Below are positions 11,097-21,534 of a stretch of 64,000 nt of DNA, piece by piece. Each line of letters opens with the position of its first letter. Position 1 is the first letter of the stretch. The notes beneath the pieces were generated by a model that was not told where the DNA came from, made no database searches, and saw only the letters and a list, made by a program, of their open reading frames with translations. The DNA is from a virus (lineage: Duplodnaviria; Caudoviricetes), in the IMG/VR virus record IMGVR_UViG_3300028833_000074, positions 88,285 through 152,284 of that record; one strand, 5' to 3'. The position numbers were made by a program, and so were the translations under genes.

Positions 11097-13034
11097 TTAT
11101 TTTTTGCGCTTGCCCCATTGAGTAGGGTCTACAACAAAAGTCTTTTCCCAATCTTCTCCATATGTATCAATCCATTCTTGCATTGTTAAACCCTTGTGAA
11201 AGGCAGCAAATTCACCATGCTGGTATGCTGTATCAAAATAATGCTGTAAATATGCTAAATTCCTTGCATCAAGTTGAATATTGCGTGGTTTTGAAAATGG
11301 TCCACTACGTCTATTACCACCAAATGCTTGAATATCTCGCACTTCATCATCAGTTAAAGTATGCTGACCCATTGATGATAGAGCCAATAATTTTGCAACT
11401 CGCACCATAGGTTCAGATTTCGCAAAAAAATCTTCTTTAGTTGGTAATTCACCATCAATAAATTTACCTTCCTCCCAATTGTAAAATTTACTATCTGGTC
11501 TATCTCCCATTACATTTTTTTTCTGTTTATTGGCTAAACCAACCATTGCTGGCCAATTATTTCCAATATAATGCTCTGGGTTAGCACCACGTAAAGTAAC
11601 CGGACCATCTTCTTTGTCTGGTATCCAAACATCATTTTTTGGTCCATGAATAGCATTACGCATTATATTACGTGTTTTATCATCATTCTGACGTACTTGT
11701 TCTTCGATAATAGCACCTTGCAAATCTGGAGCATAACATAAGGCTACTCCATATTGTGCCTCACATAATTCACAATTTGATGAACAATGATAAATAGGGA
11801 ATAACTTATATTTGCCATCGCCTAATAATTCATTTTCCATATATAAATCATCATCTTCCGCCTCTATATATTCACCTTTAGCATCTTGCGCCACACCAAA
11901 AACCATATCATATTCTTCAAGATATTTTACATCAATACGCCCATCAATATTATCTTTAGTTGTAAATTGACCTTTAGGTACTGGTCGAAATTCATTAGTG
12001 GCCATAAAACTACTACCCATAATGGTAAATCCTTGTTCAATATTTCTACGCTCATCTTCATCAAGTTCATTCAATTCATCTAAATATTTCAAATATACAT
12101 CTGTACGATGTGTATAAATAGTGCTATAAATACGTTTAATGTTATTTTCCTCTTGTCTTTTGGTCCAATATTTTTGTATACGTTCACCTTTACTATTTGT
12201 AATGATTCCTTCAAATAATTTACCAGCACTACGTGCAATCCATAACAATTCTTTACCACTTGCTACATCACCGGCTTCATTCCATCTAACAAAACGAACA
12301 GTATTAGAATTACCCGGTCCAGTTCGTTGCTTATTTAATAAAGCATTAGCAAAATCTTGTGGGTCAAACTCATGTATCATCTTACGTACCATAGCACTAT
12401 TTTTGCGTTTACCATTCTCAACATTACCAATACCGGCAAAAACACCATACTGTATTCTTGTACGAATTTCGTCACCTAATGCATAACAATGTTCACAAAA
12501 TTCACACATTGAACGAACTTTACCATCTGCACCTTGTATCAAAGTGTTTCTTGATACACAATCAACTGCTGGTGATGTATTTATAATCATAATAGATGTG
12601 CTAATTGGCTTATTATTACCACGTTTTGCGTCAAATACAATACTCTTACCCTTCTCTTTTAATTTTTTTACCTTTAAGGTAAAAGCGCTACCATAAGTAC
12701 CGCCAATTAACCTTCCAAATAATCTGGCACGAAATGATTTAGCCGGTCCTTTATCCTTTATTTTAGAATAATATTGCAAATCGGGAACTTTTTGCAATGG
12801 AATCACAGCATCGTCGTCAAGACCTAATGCTTGATGAATGGTTTTATTATATGTAGGCTGCATCTTTGTTTTCTTCTTATCTCGCACATGTGTAACATAT
12901 ACTTTAAGTAATGTACGATTTGTAGGATTTAAAGAACCCTCTTCAATTAATTCTTCTGACACATCGTACTGACGTGCTAATTTTTTAATCTCACCCCAAC
13001 TTATACCTTCAATAATATCGCTATCTTCCACCAT
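11097..13034 (-). CDS. 645-aa protein with a GP88-like Cys-rich core
   Basis: C..CEFCEHCYA, RFVRWNEAGD, YTHRTD, CSSNCELC..CY; shares these motifs with 56018-56764. Confidence 0.65.
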   Translation of the reverse strand: MVEDSDIIEGISWGEIKKLARQYDVSEELIEEGSLNPTNRTLLKVYVTHVRDKKKTKMQPTYNKTIHQALGLDDDAVIPLQKVPDLQYYSKIKDKGPAKSFRARLFGRLIGGTYGSAFTLKVKKLKEKGKSIVFDAKRGNNKPISTSIMIINTSPAVDCVSRNTLIQGADGKVRSMCEFCEHCYALGDEIRTRIQYGVFAGIGNVENGKRKNSAMVRKMIHEFDPQDFANALLNKQRTGPGNSNTVRFVRWNEAGDVASGKELLWIARSAGKLFEGIITNSKGERIQKYWTKRQEENNIKRIYSTIYTHRTDVYLKYLDELNELDEDERRNIEQGFTIMGSSFMATNEFRPVPKGQFTTKDNIDGRIDVKYLEEYDMVFGVAQDAKGEYIEAEDDDLYMENELLGDGKYKLFPIYHCSSNCELCEAQYGVALCYAPDLQGAIIEEQVRQNDDKTRNIMRNAIHGPKNDVWIPDKEDGPVTLRGANPEHYIGNNWPAMVGLANKQKKNVMGDRPDSKFYNWEEGKFIDGELPTKEDFFAKSEPMVRVAKLLALSSMGQHTLTDDEVRDIQAFGGNRRSGPFSKPRNIQLDARNLAYLQHYFDTAYQHGEFAAFHKGLTMQEWIDTYGEDWEKTFVVDPTQWGKRKK

Positions 13035-13050
13035 TTTAAAAACCTTCTCA

Positions 13051-13332
13051 TTATCTATTATTATTCTCTTGTATTAAATACATATATTGTGGATGATTAT
13101 AACACCAATTCTTTAACTCTAAAATACGTTGTTCCATATCATCAAAACGATTCTGATGTATCTTGCGCATCACTTGTTGATATGTTAATGGCTTCTTGCT
13201 TTCTAAATTACGCAAATATTTAACTGTATCAAACGCTGGTATACGCAATAAAGATGGCACATACTCTTCTAACAATTCAAGTTCGGATACAATTTTTTGA
13301 ATTTCTGCAAAATTATAATAAAAATCAGACAT
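13051..13332 (-). CDS. small ART-associated protein (paralog 3; putative immunity/chaperone)
   Basis: ELELLEEYVPSLL...LKNWCYNHPQY; directly downstream of an ART gene. Confidence 0.75.
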   Translation of the reverse strand: MSDFYYNFAEIQKIVSELELLEEYVPSLLRIPAFDTVKYLRNLESKKPLTYQQVMRKIHQNRFDDMEQRILELKNWCYNHPQYMYLIQENNNR

Positions 13333-13340
13333 TTTTTCAC

Positions 13341-14690
13341 CTAATTTATCAACATAATTTCAACTTGTTTTATATCATGGTTTACACCAATTACTTGATA
13401 TTTTTGCCCTTTGCCTAATATAAGTTCATGTAAATCTGTTAATCTTGCATCTGGTACAGCATTCTTATCAACAGATGCAATATGAGAGCCTTTAGGAGCA
13501 TAAATAGTAATTAAATATTCATCACGTCCATCTTCATGTGCAAATTCAAGCGCAACACTTTTATCAAATGATGCAGATGTAATATATTTAAATTCACCGA
13601 CATCACCAACTTCAGCATTTTCATCAAATCTACCGCCCCTATAAAATATCGTATCATTTTCTACACCCGGCAACATACTAATCATCTCATTTAAACTCTC
13701 ACTATATTCTTCAATACTTTTAAAATATTCTGGGTCATCTCCATATTTGCGTATAAATTTTTCTTTAGATTCCTCATCTCCATATACATATTTGCCATAA
13801 TAATCACCTACAGTATAAGTCATATCTAATACATATTTAGAAAGATTTTTATAATAATCATACCATTCATCCTTAAGATTAAAAATACCTTGTGTATCCC
13901 ATTCAAATACTTTACTTAAATGCACATTATTTGCATAAGCATTGACTTGATTAATAATTAATGAACGTTCTTGGTCTCCCCATTGAGTATGTGAGCGTCT
14001 GTCATTAATTAATACTTCTTCATAATCCGAACGATAATTTCTCAAGTCAATAATTTCACCATTAACTTCACGCATCCACATACTGCCATCTTGCATACTT
14101 TCCAATCTACGTATATGTTCATCTAAAAACTCTAAATAATCCTCTAAATTTTTAATACCTTTCAAATAATTATTCTGGCGACTCACCATATCCGCAAATT
14201 TTGTATCTAATCCATCTTCAACTTGTGGTAACATTGCTTTAACTTGCCTATAGGAATACATCATCATATTACCATATGTTGATGGACCAAATTCATCAGC
14301 AATTTCCTTAAATCTTTCTCGAGTTAATGGCATACGCAAATAATCCTCTGGATACTTATTTTTTAATGATTCTAATCTTTCTTGAGCATATTTCTTAAAT
14401 AATTCATCCCCCAATTCTTGCGCTGACTGATTAGTGTTTGTAGCAAACTCTTCATAAAAATCATCTTCAAGACCGGCTTCCATTAAGCCAACTCGAAAAT
14501 CAAATTCTTTACTACCAAGTTGCTTTTGAACAATAGGAATCAATGCCATCTTTTCATCAAAAGTTAATTTTTTACGTTTTCTAACTGTATGATTTTTAAT
14601 GGTCACTTCACCACTAAAATTATCTAATGTTGATTGACCTTGCACTCGTTTAGTGATACGTCTATTTTTACCTTGTCTTCTACGTGCCAT
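13341..14690 (-). CDS. VIP2-like ADP-ribosyltransferase domain protein (ART4)
   Basis: C-terminal FYRGG, ITSAS, IYAPKG, LHELIL (R-S-E class); Arg-rich N-terminus. Confidence 0.85.
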   Translation of the reverse strand: MARRRQGKNRRITKRVQGQSTLDNFSGEVTIKNHTVRKRKKLTFDEKMALIPIVQKQLGSKEFDFRVGLMEAGLEDDFYEEFATNTNQSAQELGDELFKKYAQERLESLKNKYPEDYLRMPLTRERFKEIADEFGPSTYGNMMMYSYRQVKAMLPQVEDGLDTKFADMVSRQNNYLKGIKNLEDYLEFLDEHIRRLESMQDGSMWMREVNGEIIDLRNYRSDYEEVLINDRRSHTQWGDQERSLIINQVNAYANNVHLSKVFEWDTQGIFNLKDEWYDYYKNLSKYVLDMTYTVGDYYGKYVYGDEESKEKFIRKYGDDPEYFKSIEEYSESLNEMISMLPGVENDTIFYRGGRFDENAEVGDVGEFKYITSASFDKSVALEFAHEDGRDEYLITIYAPKGSHIASVDKNAVPDARLTDLHELILGKGQKYQVIGVNHDIKQVEIMLIN

Positions 14691-14700
14691 ACTATCTTTA

Positions 14701-15906
14701 CTATCTGTTTTGCCATTTTCGCTTCATATCATCATCAATCAATAACACAAGGGCCTCACGATTAACTGTGTCAACTGATAATACAATAAATTCTTGATTC
14801 AAACTATGAATAAACTCACTACGACCAGTACTCGTATGAAACCACATTCCTAAATAACGCTGAATTCCAGCAGAAATACCTTTAGTACCTTTAGGAGCCA
14901 ATATAGTTATCCTATAACGTTCACTTTTTTCACTATCAAGACGTTGATAACTTTTATAAATATCTTCTGAATCATAAGAACTAAAAGCAAAACCAGCAAA
15001 ATTAGATATATCACCGGCTTTTAATTCTTGATGATTAAATAAACTACCAAATCGAATAAGAACTGTATCAACTTCTAAACCGGGAGTTTTATCAATAATA
15101 CCTTGAACAGCATTAGTCACACTCGTAATGTAATCAATATCCCAATCCGATGATACCCCATCACCTTCAAATATCTCCGCCCAATATTGAGCGATGCTAC
15201 GCCAATTACCTCGCTGAAACTCTGTTAAAGTCTCATGAATATATTCCAAACGACTATCTGTATCATACTGAACATTTTGCATAAAAGCCGGTAACATTTT
15301 ACGCACATGAGTGGCTTGAACTTCACCAATTATATCCGCTCCTATATCTTGATAAAAAGCATTAATATTTATTCCTAATACATCGGCAATTTCATTAGAT
15401 ATTGATTGAAGATTTCCATCTTGTTGCCAATGTAATGATGTATTATATACAGAAGCAGTATTCGGTACTTCCGGTAAAAATATTCGACCGGAAAACATAG
15501 GATTATCTTCATAATTATCCGGTGAAAGAGTTGGGTCCCATGCTATTGCATCTTCATATTCCATAACTTTTGGACCAAATTCTTTTTGCAATTCTGTCAA
15601 AGGATGTATATTTATTGCTTGAACATAACGTTTTAAGTCCATTTCATCTGCCAAATATTTTTTCCAATCCCACCAATCACCTTCATATTCTTCCATTTCT
15701 CTACGATAATCTATGATTTCATTATGCAAATCTTCAACATCTACAGACTCTCTCCAACGTAACCTTTTATTAACAGTAATAGTTTGACGATTACCATTAC
15801 GTATTTTAATATCCTTATTTACTTTTGGCGCTTGTCGATTTTTATATTTTCTTTTCATCAATTCAAGTCTTGCACGCCTTTTACGCTCTTCGTATGAATC
15901 TACCAT
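14701..15906 (-). CDS. VIP2-like ADP-ribosyltransferase domain protein, divergent (ART3)
   Basis: LIRFG, FAFSS, ILAPKGTKG, RSEFI. Confidence 0.75.
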   Translation of the reverse strand: MVDSYEERKRRARLELMKRKYKNRQAPKVNKDIKIRNGNRQTITVNKRLRWRESVDVEDLHNEIIDYRREMEEYEGDWWDWKKYLADEMDLKRYVQAINIHPLTELQKEFGPKVMEYEDAIAWDPTLSPDNYEDNPMFSGRIFLPEVPNTASVYNTSLHWQQDGNLQSISNEIADVLGININAFYQDIGADIIGEVQATHVRKMLPAFMQNVQYDTDSRLEYIHETLTEFQRGNWRSIAQYWAEIFEGDGVSSDWDIDYITSVTNAVQGIIDKTPGLEVDTVLIRFGSLFNHQELKAGDISNFAGFAFSSYDSEDIYKSYQRLDSEKSERYRITILAPKGTKGISAGIQRYLGMWFHTSTGRSEFIHSLNQEFIVLSVDTVNREALVLLIDDDMKRKWQNR

Positions 15907-16166
15907 ATCAACACGTCTTTATATTGTGGATAATTATCGAGCCACGTGATAAGTTCTTGCATTTTTTCTTGCTCGCTGAATAATGTGGATTTGCTTAAGC
16001 GTCTTCTGATGCTTACTTCATCGGTTGCAGAACAAAATTCTTCAATATTGTCAATCCATAGACGATATTCAAACCATTTTGTACGCAATAAAGAAGGAAT
16101 GTAATCACGAATGTATGGCAATTCATCGCTAATAGAACAAATATAACTTTTATTGAGGTTTGGCAT
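15900..16166 (-). CDS. small ART-associated protein (paralog 2)
   Basis: DELPYIRDYIPSLL...LITWLDNYPQY; start after a GGGGG RBS, overlapping the end of ART2. Confidence 0.75.
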   Translation of the reverse strand: MPNLNKSYICSISDELPYIRDYIPSLLRTKWFEYRLWIDNIEEFCSATDEVSIRRRLSKSTLFSEQEKMQELITWLDNYPQYKDVLIW

Positions 16167-17370
16167 ATGGTTGCCCCCTTCTGCTTCTATATTGGTCACC
16201 TTCATTTAATAATAAAACAGTAACAATATGATTTGTAACATCTTTTTCCAATACAACATATTTTTGATGCGCCATATTAAAAACTTCTCCGGCACTATAG
16301 TGATAACCTTTAAAACGTGAAGCAGCGTTTACTGCTGCTAATTTGCTTTTTTCTGGTGCATATACCACATATAACCAATTACCCCTATCGGCATAAGCCT
16401 CTGCAACATCACGCTTAAAACTAAAAGACGTTGGAGATTTAAACTCTGAAATTTCACCCACTTCTAATGTTTCATCAAAAGGTCCACCCCTAAAGAGCAT
16501 AACATCTTCGGGAAGCCCCGGCAATTGTTTAACAACATTACTGATACTATCAATCATCCATTCCATATACTCAAACTCCTCTTCCATATATTCTTCTAAA
16601 GTCATATCTTTATTTGTATGATTATATCTATTTTCTACCCCATTGTTATAATCTTGAATCATCTCTTCCATAACCTTTACTTTTTGATATACAGCACGAT
16701 TAATAGTGGCGGATATATCGTTAAAGAAGTTTTCAATCGGCCATAATCCATCTTTACCACGAAACGACATACCATCAATATTGATATCAGCATCACGTTG
16801 TAGTTCAATTAATTCAAATTCCATATCAGTTAAAAAATCAGTAAAAGGGTCGCCTTTCATTCTTTCTAAATGGCGCATTACTATTGGATAAGCAGCATTA
16901 TAAAAATCATCATCTAAATTATCCTTTAAGAATTTTTGAAATTTTGGTTTTACAGTCTTAAAATAACTTTCTCTTTTATATTGATATAAACTACGCTTCA
17001 TTTTAAAATTTTCGTGCGCCCAGTCATCTAACAAGTCAGACTTTGCATCATACAAGGCACCCGGCATAGCATCAATAATAACTTGACGTGGAACTACAAA
17101 ACCATCATCAACAATATAACTATCCTTAAAGAAAAATTCAAAATCTTGTATAACTGGAGATTCCCAATCAATAAATTCTCTACTTTGACTTGGACGTGTA
17201 TTTTTTACACGTTTAGTAAATTTTTGTAAATCTTCACCTTTGGAACTTTTAAATACTGCACGTGTGGCTGTTGTATCTGTTTCAACTTCCATACTGCCAA
17301 TCGTAGCCCCAACTTCAACTATAGTATTTTTACGTACATTAATATTACGTTTTCTTTTTCTTCTACCCAT
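16150..17370 (-). CDS. VIP2-like ADP-ribosyltransferase domain protein (ART2)
   Basis: LFRGG, PTSFS, VYAPEK, AGEVF; MGRRKRKR N-terminus. Confidence 0.82.
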   Translation of the reverse strand: MGRRKRKRNINVRKNTIVEVGATIGSMEVETDTTATRAVFKSSKGEDLQKFTKRVKNTRPSQSREFIDWESPVIQDFEFFFKDSYIVDDGFVVPRQVIIDAMPGALYDAKSDLLDDWAHENFKMKRSLYQYKRESYFKTVKPKFQKFLKDNLDDDFYNAAYPIVMRHLERMKGDPFTDFLTDMEFELIELQRDADINIDGMSFRGKDGLWPIENFFNDISATINRAVYQKVKVMEEMIQDYNNGVENRYNHTNKDMTLEEYMEEEFEYMEWMIDSISNVVKQLPGLPEDVMLFRGGPFDETLEVGEISEFKSPTSFSFKRDVAEAYADRGNWLYVVYAPEKSKLAAVNAASRFKGYHYSAGEVFNMAHQKYVVLEKDVTNHIVTVLLLNEGDQYRSRRGQPYAKPQ

Positions 17371-17380
17371 AGAATATCAC

Positions 17381-17662
17381 TTATATAATAAATTTCATAT
17401 ATTTGGGATTTTCATGACACCATTTGGCAAGTTCTTCATATTCAACTTCAACATCAAATTGATTTTCTCGCATTTTTTGCAGCATTTGATACTGTTTATT
17501 TCGCACGTCATCATACATATTATGTTTTTTTAAATTATCATAATATCGATTCATATCAAAAATATAATGCGTAATTAAAAAAGGAATATAATCCGGTATC
17601 ATTTCTAATTCTTCTTTTGCCTCTTCGATTAAACTATAATTAATTTGCATAAAAAACCTCAT
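17381..17662 (-). CDS. small ART-associated protein (paralog 1)
   Basis: EELEMIPDYIPFLI...LAKWCHENPKY; ATGA overlap with ART1. Confidence 0.75.
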   Translation of the reverse strand: MRFFMQINYSLIEEAKEELEMIPDYIPFLITHYIFDMNRYYDNLKKHNMYDDVRNKQYQMLQKMRENQFDVEVEYEELAKWCHENPKYMKFII

Positions 17663-18834
17663 ATCTTAAAGTTATCATCTATTAATAACACTTCTACAAC
17701 TTTTACTTTATTACGTTCGTTTGGAGTAAAACGACCTATTCTGGGGCGTGTATCAAACACAAACATATCATATTCTTCGTGAATACTCATCACATAAAAT
17801 TTTTGATTAGGTGGAAATGTAACTTCATGTTCACCCCCCCAACCACGAAACGCTGGGGATGATGCATGCAGACCACGCATACCTTTAGGTGCATGTACAA
17901 CAATAATATATCTGTCCGGTTCTGTACCGGCAAATTCTTGCGCAACATCAATATTGTATGATGTTGATGTTGGCACTAAAAACTCACCAATATCACCGAC
18001 CTTTAATGAAGCATCAATAGTACCACCATGAAAAAAGGTAATATCTTGTGATAATTCTGGCGCTTTTGAAAAGGCACTTTTAACACCATCTATCATTGGA
18101 ATAATTTCTTGCTCTAAATATTTTTTTTGTTCAGAGATACGCATACTGGCCATTTTATCATTAAAAGAACGTACGTAATTATTATCATTAGATACTCCAT
18201 GTGTATGTAACATATATCCTTTCATATTATAATACGAACCACCATAATATTGATTCATACCCCATACTTCATTATCATCAAAATACATAGGAGTTTCTAT
18301 TAGAGGAGTCAATTCTGATGCTTCTAATCTTGATGTGGTATCAACAACATCACTAAAATTAAAAGCATCAATATCAATATTGTTTTTTGCTAATGTTTCT
18401 AAAACTTTAGGGTCACGTTGTCCTTGACAAAATTTTATTAACTCTGGTATTGTTTCTAATTTACGTTTCTTAATACGCTCTTGCTTTTGAGCCATAATTT
18501 TAGCATTTTTATCTGCAATTTTTTTATGAATCAATGCTGATTCTAATGCATTAATATCAAGACCAGCATTTAACATAGCCATATCTAACTCATCAGCGTT
18601 TTTAGACTCGTTAACAATACGAGAATACTCATCAAAATCCATTAAGTTATTTAATATATAATCACTATAAACTTTTGAAAAAATTCTTTTATATTTTTGT
18701 TGTAATTTTCGTAATTTTCTTAAATGATAATTTGATATTTTTCCACGATTATAAATCGTTACACTATTCTTTCCACCACGAGCCTTATTTGCTTGTCCTA
18801 CACGTTCCCTTGAATGTGATGTAAATCTTGCCAT
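17659..18834 (-). CDS. VIP2-like ADP-ribosyltransferase domain protein (ART1)
   Basis: FFHGG, PTSTS, VHAPKG, EHEVTF (E-x-E). Confidence 0.85.
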   Translation of the reverse strand: MARFTSHSRERVGQANKARGGKNSVTIYNRGKISNYHLRKLRKLQQKYKRIFSKVYSDYILNNLMDFDEYSRIVNESKNADELDMAMLNAGLDINALESALIHKKIADKNAKIMAQKQERIKKRKLETIPELIKFCQGQRDPKVLETLAKNNIDIDAFNFSDVVDTTSRLEASELTPLIETPMYFDDNEVWGMNQYYGGSYYNMKGYMLHTHGVSNDNNYVRSFNDKMASMRISEQKKYLEQEIIPMIDGVKSAFSKAPELSQDITFFHGGTIDASLKVGDIGEFLVPTSTSYNIDVAQEFAGTEPDRYIIVVHAPKGMRGLHASSPAFRGWGGEHEVTFPPNQKFYVMSIHEEYDMFVFDTRPRIGRFTPNERNKVKVVEVLLIDDNFKI

Positions 18835-18837
18835 AGT

Positions 18838-18885
18838 AAAGATTTCCTTGATTTTTTGCGAATTTTATTTGATGTCCTATATAAG
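18838..18885 (-). promoter_or_regulatory. ART-operon promoter with an ATTCGCA element
   Basis: CTTATATA box followed by AAATTCGCAAAAAATCAAGGAAATCTTT, a variant of the 33-bp dispersed repeat. Confidence 0.55.
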
Positions 18886-18919
18886 TACTTCTATATTCGA
18901 TAGTATATAAACACCTTTT

Positions 18920-18959
18920 AAAAAATAAAAAAAAGAACGCAAGAAATTAATCTTGCGTT
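18920..18959 (-). terminator. hairpin plus T-run terminator
   Basis: AACGCAAGA/TCTTGCGTT stem followed by a T-tract on minus. Confidence 0.7.
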
Positions 18960-19564
18960 TATGCTTTTTGGAGATACTTGCGACTGTATCCCATCTTCTC
19001 TTTTCCGCAATTGCCACAAAAATCGCTGTCACATCTTGAACAAGTCAGTTCTCGTTCATGACGTGCGTTGTGCTTGTGTGCATTATATATAGTTCCATAA
19101 TGGTGGCAATTCGGGCAATAACTGACGTATTTTCTTGTTCGCCAAGTGTACGATTTTGAACAGCGTCCACAACTTGGTTTACAAGTAATTGATACTGTCG
19201 GTTTAGGAATTGTAAACTTGCCTTTTGTTGTGACTTTTTTATATTTCTTGTCACCGGCAAATTTTGCTGTAAAAGTATGTGTGCCAATTTTAGAATAAGT
19301 TGTTTTTACTTTTGCAACACCTTTGGCATTTGTTGTTGCATGATAGTTCGAGCCTTTTACAGAAAACTTAATTTTCTTTCCTTTAATAGCCTTGCCTTTT
19401 GCTGTTGTTAACGTGGCGTATAAGTTTTTGCCTTTTGATTTGACAGTTAATTTAGTTTTTTCAACAGTCTCATCGCTTACAGCAGCAAGCGGCACAAGAG
19501 TTCCTATTATAAATAATATCAATATGATTGATATTATTATTTGATTTGTTTTAATGTTTTCAAT
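18959..19564 (-). CDS. secreted adhesin-like protein: Ig-like repeat plus Cys-rich C-terminus
   Basis: Signal peptide; GKKIKFSVKG..ATTNAKGVA..FAGDKKY as in Methanobacteriales adhesin repeats; probable ATT start at 19564. Confidence 0.75.
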   Translation of the reverse strand: MENIKTNQIIISIILILFIIGTLVPLAAVSDETVEKTKLTVKSKGKNLYATLTTAKGKAIKGKKIKFSVKGSNYHATTNAKGVAKVKTTYSKIGTHTFTAKFAGDKKYKKVTTKGKFTIPKPTVSITCKPSCGRCSKSYTWRTRKYVSYCPNCHHYGTIYNAHKHNARHERELTCSRCDSDFCGNCGKEKMGYSRKYLQKA

Positions 19565-19658
19565 AACACGCTCCTATGTGCGAGCAAATGCATTTAAACT
19601 CGAGATTTATTATTTTGTTGTCTAAAACATATAAATGTCTTATACTTAACTTTTTTAA

Positions 19659-19853
19659 TTATTCTGAAACGACTCCTTTATTTTTGGAATCTTTAAAGAT
19701 TAATTCTCCTTTTTCGGTTATTCGATATTGTGGCTCTACAGTTATTCTTTCCCTACAAGAAAAACATATATATTTTTCAACTTGTGTAATATTATTTCTG
19801 CTTAATAATCTTAATGTAGCCTTTCCACATCTTGGACATATCATTATACTCAC
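19659..19853 (-). CDS. zinc-ribbon protein
   Basis: CPRC...CFSC. Confidence 0.65.
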   Translation of the reverse strand: MSIMICPRCGKATLRLLSRNNITQVEKYICFSCRERITVEPQYRITEKGELIFKDSKNKGVVSE

Positions 19854-20049
19854 CTCTCATTATTGTATATTAAATTTTAACTTGTATCTTCGCCTATTAA
19901 GACGATAGAAAAGTTATATTTTTCTGTTTTATTGATATCAGAAGTTAATGAAATTCGACTGGCTAATCCTATGTTTGATGATGTGATGCATACCTTTACA
20001 TCCATATCATCATCATATTGTTGTAATATTTCTTGTAAATGTTTGTTTT

Positions 20050-21534
20050 TCATTTTATTCTCCTATCCCATATATTTCGATTTAATTCTTTTTCTTTTTT
20101 ATCGGTATGGTCCGGCACCATATTATAGGTGGTGCGCCAACAAGTTGTTTTGTGGCATTTTGGGCAAGAAACATATTTTTTATCTGAAAATAAAAAAAAT
20201 ATCTTAAGCAAGAAAAAAGGAAAGAAATTATCTGTGCCGCAATAATTACAGCGCAGATTATATTTTTTATATAATTTTCCTTGTTTAATTTTTGTTGAAA
20301 TCACACCATTCACCATCCTTAATACGTAAATATACACCTAAATCACTAATGATACATAAATATGAAATACCTTTAACCTCTAAAAATAATTCCATTGTAT
20401 CATTGACCTTGATGCGTATAAATTTTTTATGGTCACGAAAATACTCAATTGCAGTATGCATATGAATATTGTCAACTTCAAGATGCATATACATATTATC
20501 ACCTATGATAAATAAAGAAAATCACCTACAAATACGTCATCTTCACAAAAAGGCACATAAAAATCATCTTTATGAAAATCAGCCAATATTGTTTCACATG
20601 GCAATCCATGACAGTCATTGTATACACATACATTAACATTACCATATTCTTCTTGACATTTTTGTAGATATTCAATAAGTTCATCTAACATCATATTTTC
20701 ACCCTTACTTATATATATGACATTTATAGTATATATACTTTAAAGATTTTCTCTATTTTTTGCGAATCTGATTATTGCACTAATCTTCATTTCCATCCCA
20801 TTCGTGTATATGGCTTCTTGTACTATATGTTGAGCCACTTCCTTCTTGCACAACAATAATAAATTCACCAATCTCACTATCATATGTGATATAATCAATA
20901 TCATAATACATATCTTGCTCTTTGATTACAACATTCACCGGCAAATTAGCGCCTAATTGAGCCAACCTTGCAATAATCTCTAAACTCATCATCATTGTAT
21001 CACGCTTTATCATTCAATATCGCAACTACCTCTTTGATATTTAAAGCCCTATTTGTTTCTGTATCCCATATCGTATTCACATATTGGTCAGATATCTTAT
21101 ATCTATCACTTTTAAACACTTTAAAATAATCTTTCCCATTTTTCCATTCCATCCAATCACTCATCATCTTCCCTTTCGCTATTGGATTCCACTACAAAAT
21201 ATTTCTTCTCTAAATATGGACAGTCTTCCCATAAGACAAAAATATCATTGCTGTGCAAACAATTTGGTTTGCAAATATATTTTTCATCTGCTTCTTCATT
21301 ATATACGAAATATTCACACCAAGTGCAAGTTGGTGGCGCTTCAATAATTCTTTTGTTGGCATTGCGAATTTCTTCTTCCAACATTTTAATCTTATCTTCT
21401 TGCTTATTCAATAAGTCGCATACATCTTTTGCACCATAATATGTTAGACAAATGGTCACCAATTCTTTATCGACCACATCATAAACCATTATCGGTTGTC
21501 CATCTGCATCGACATCAATCATATATCTTGACAT
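20050..21534 (-). other. small hypothetical CDSs (20050-20337 Zn ribbon, 20285-20494, 20503-20694, 20780-21013, 21157-21534)
   Basis: Co-directional ORFs with GGTGA RBS. Confidence 0.55.
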
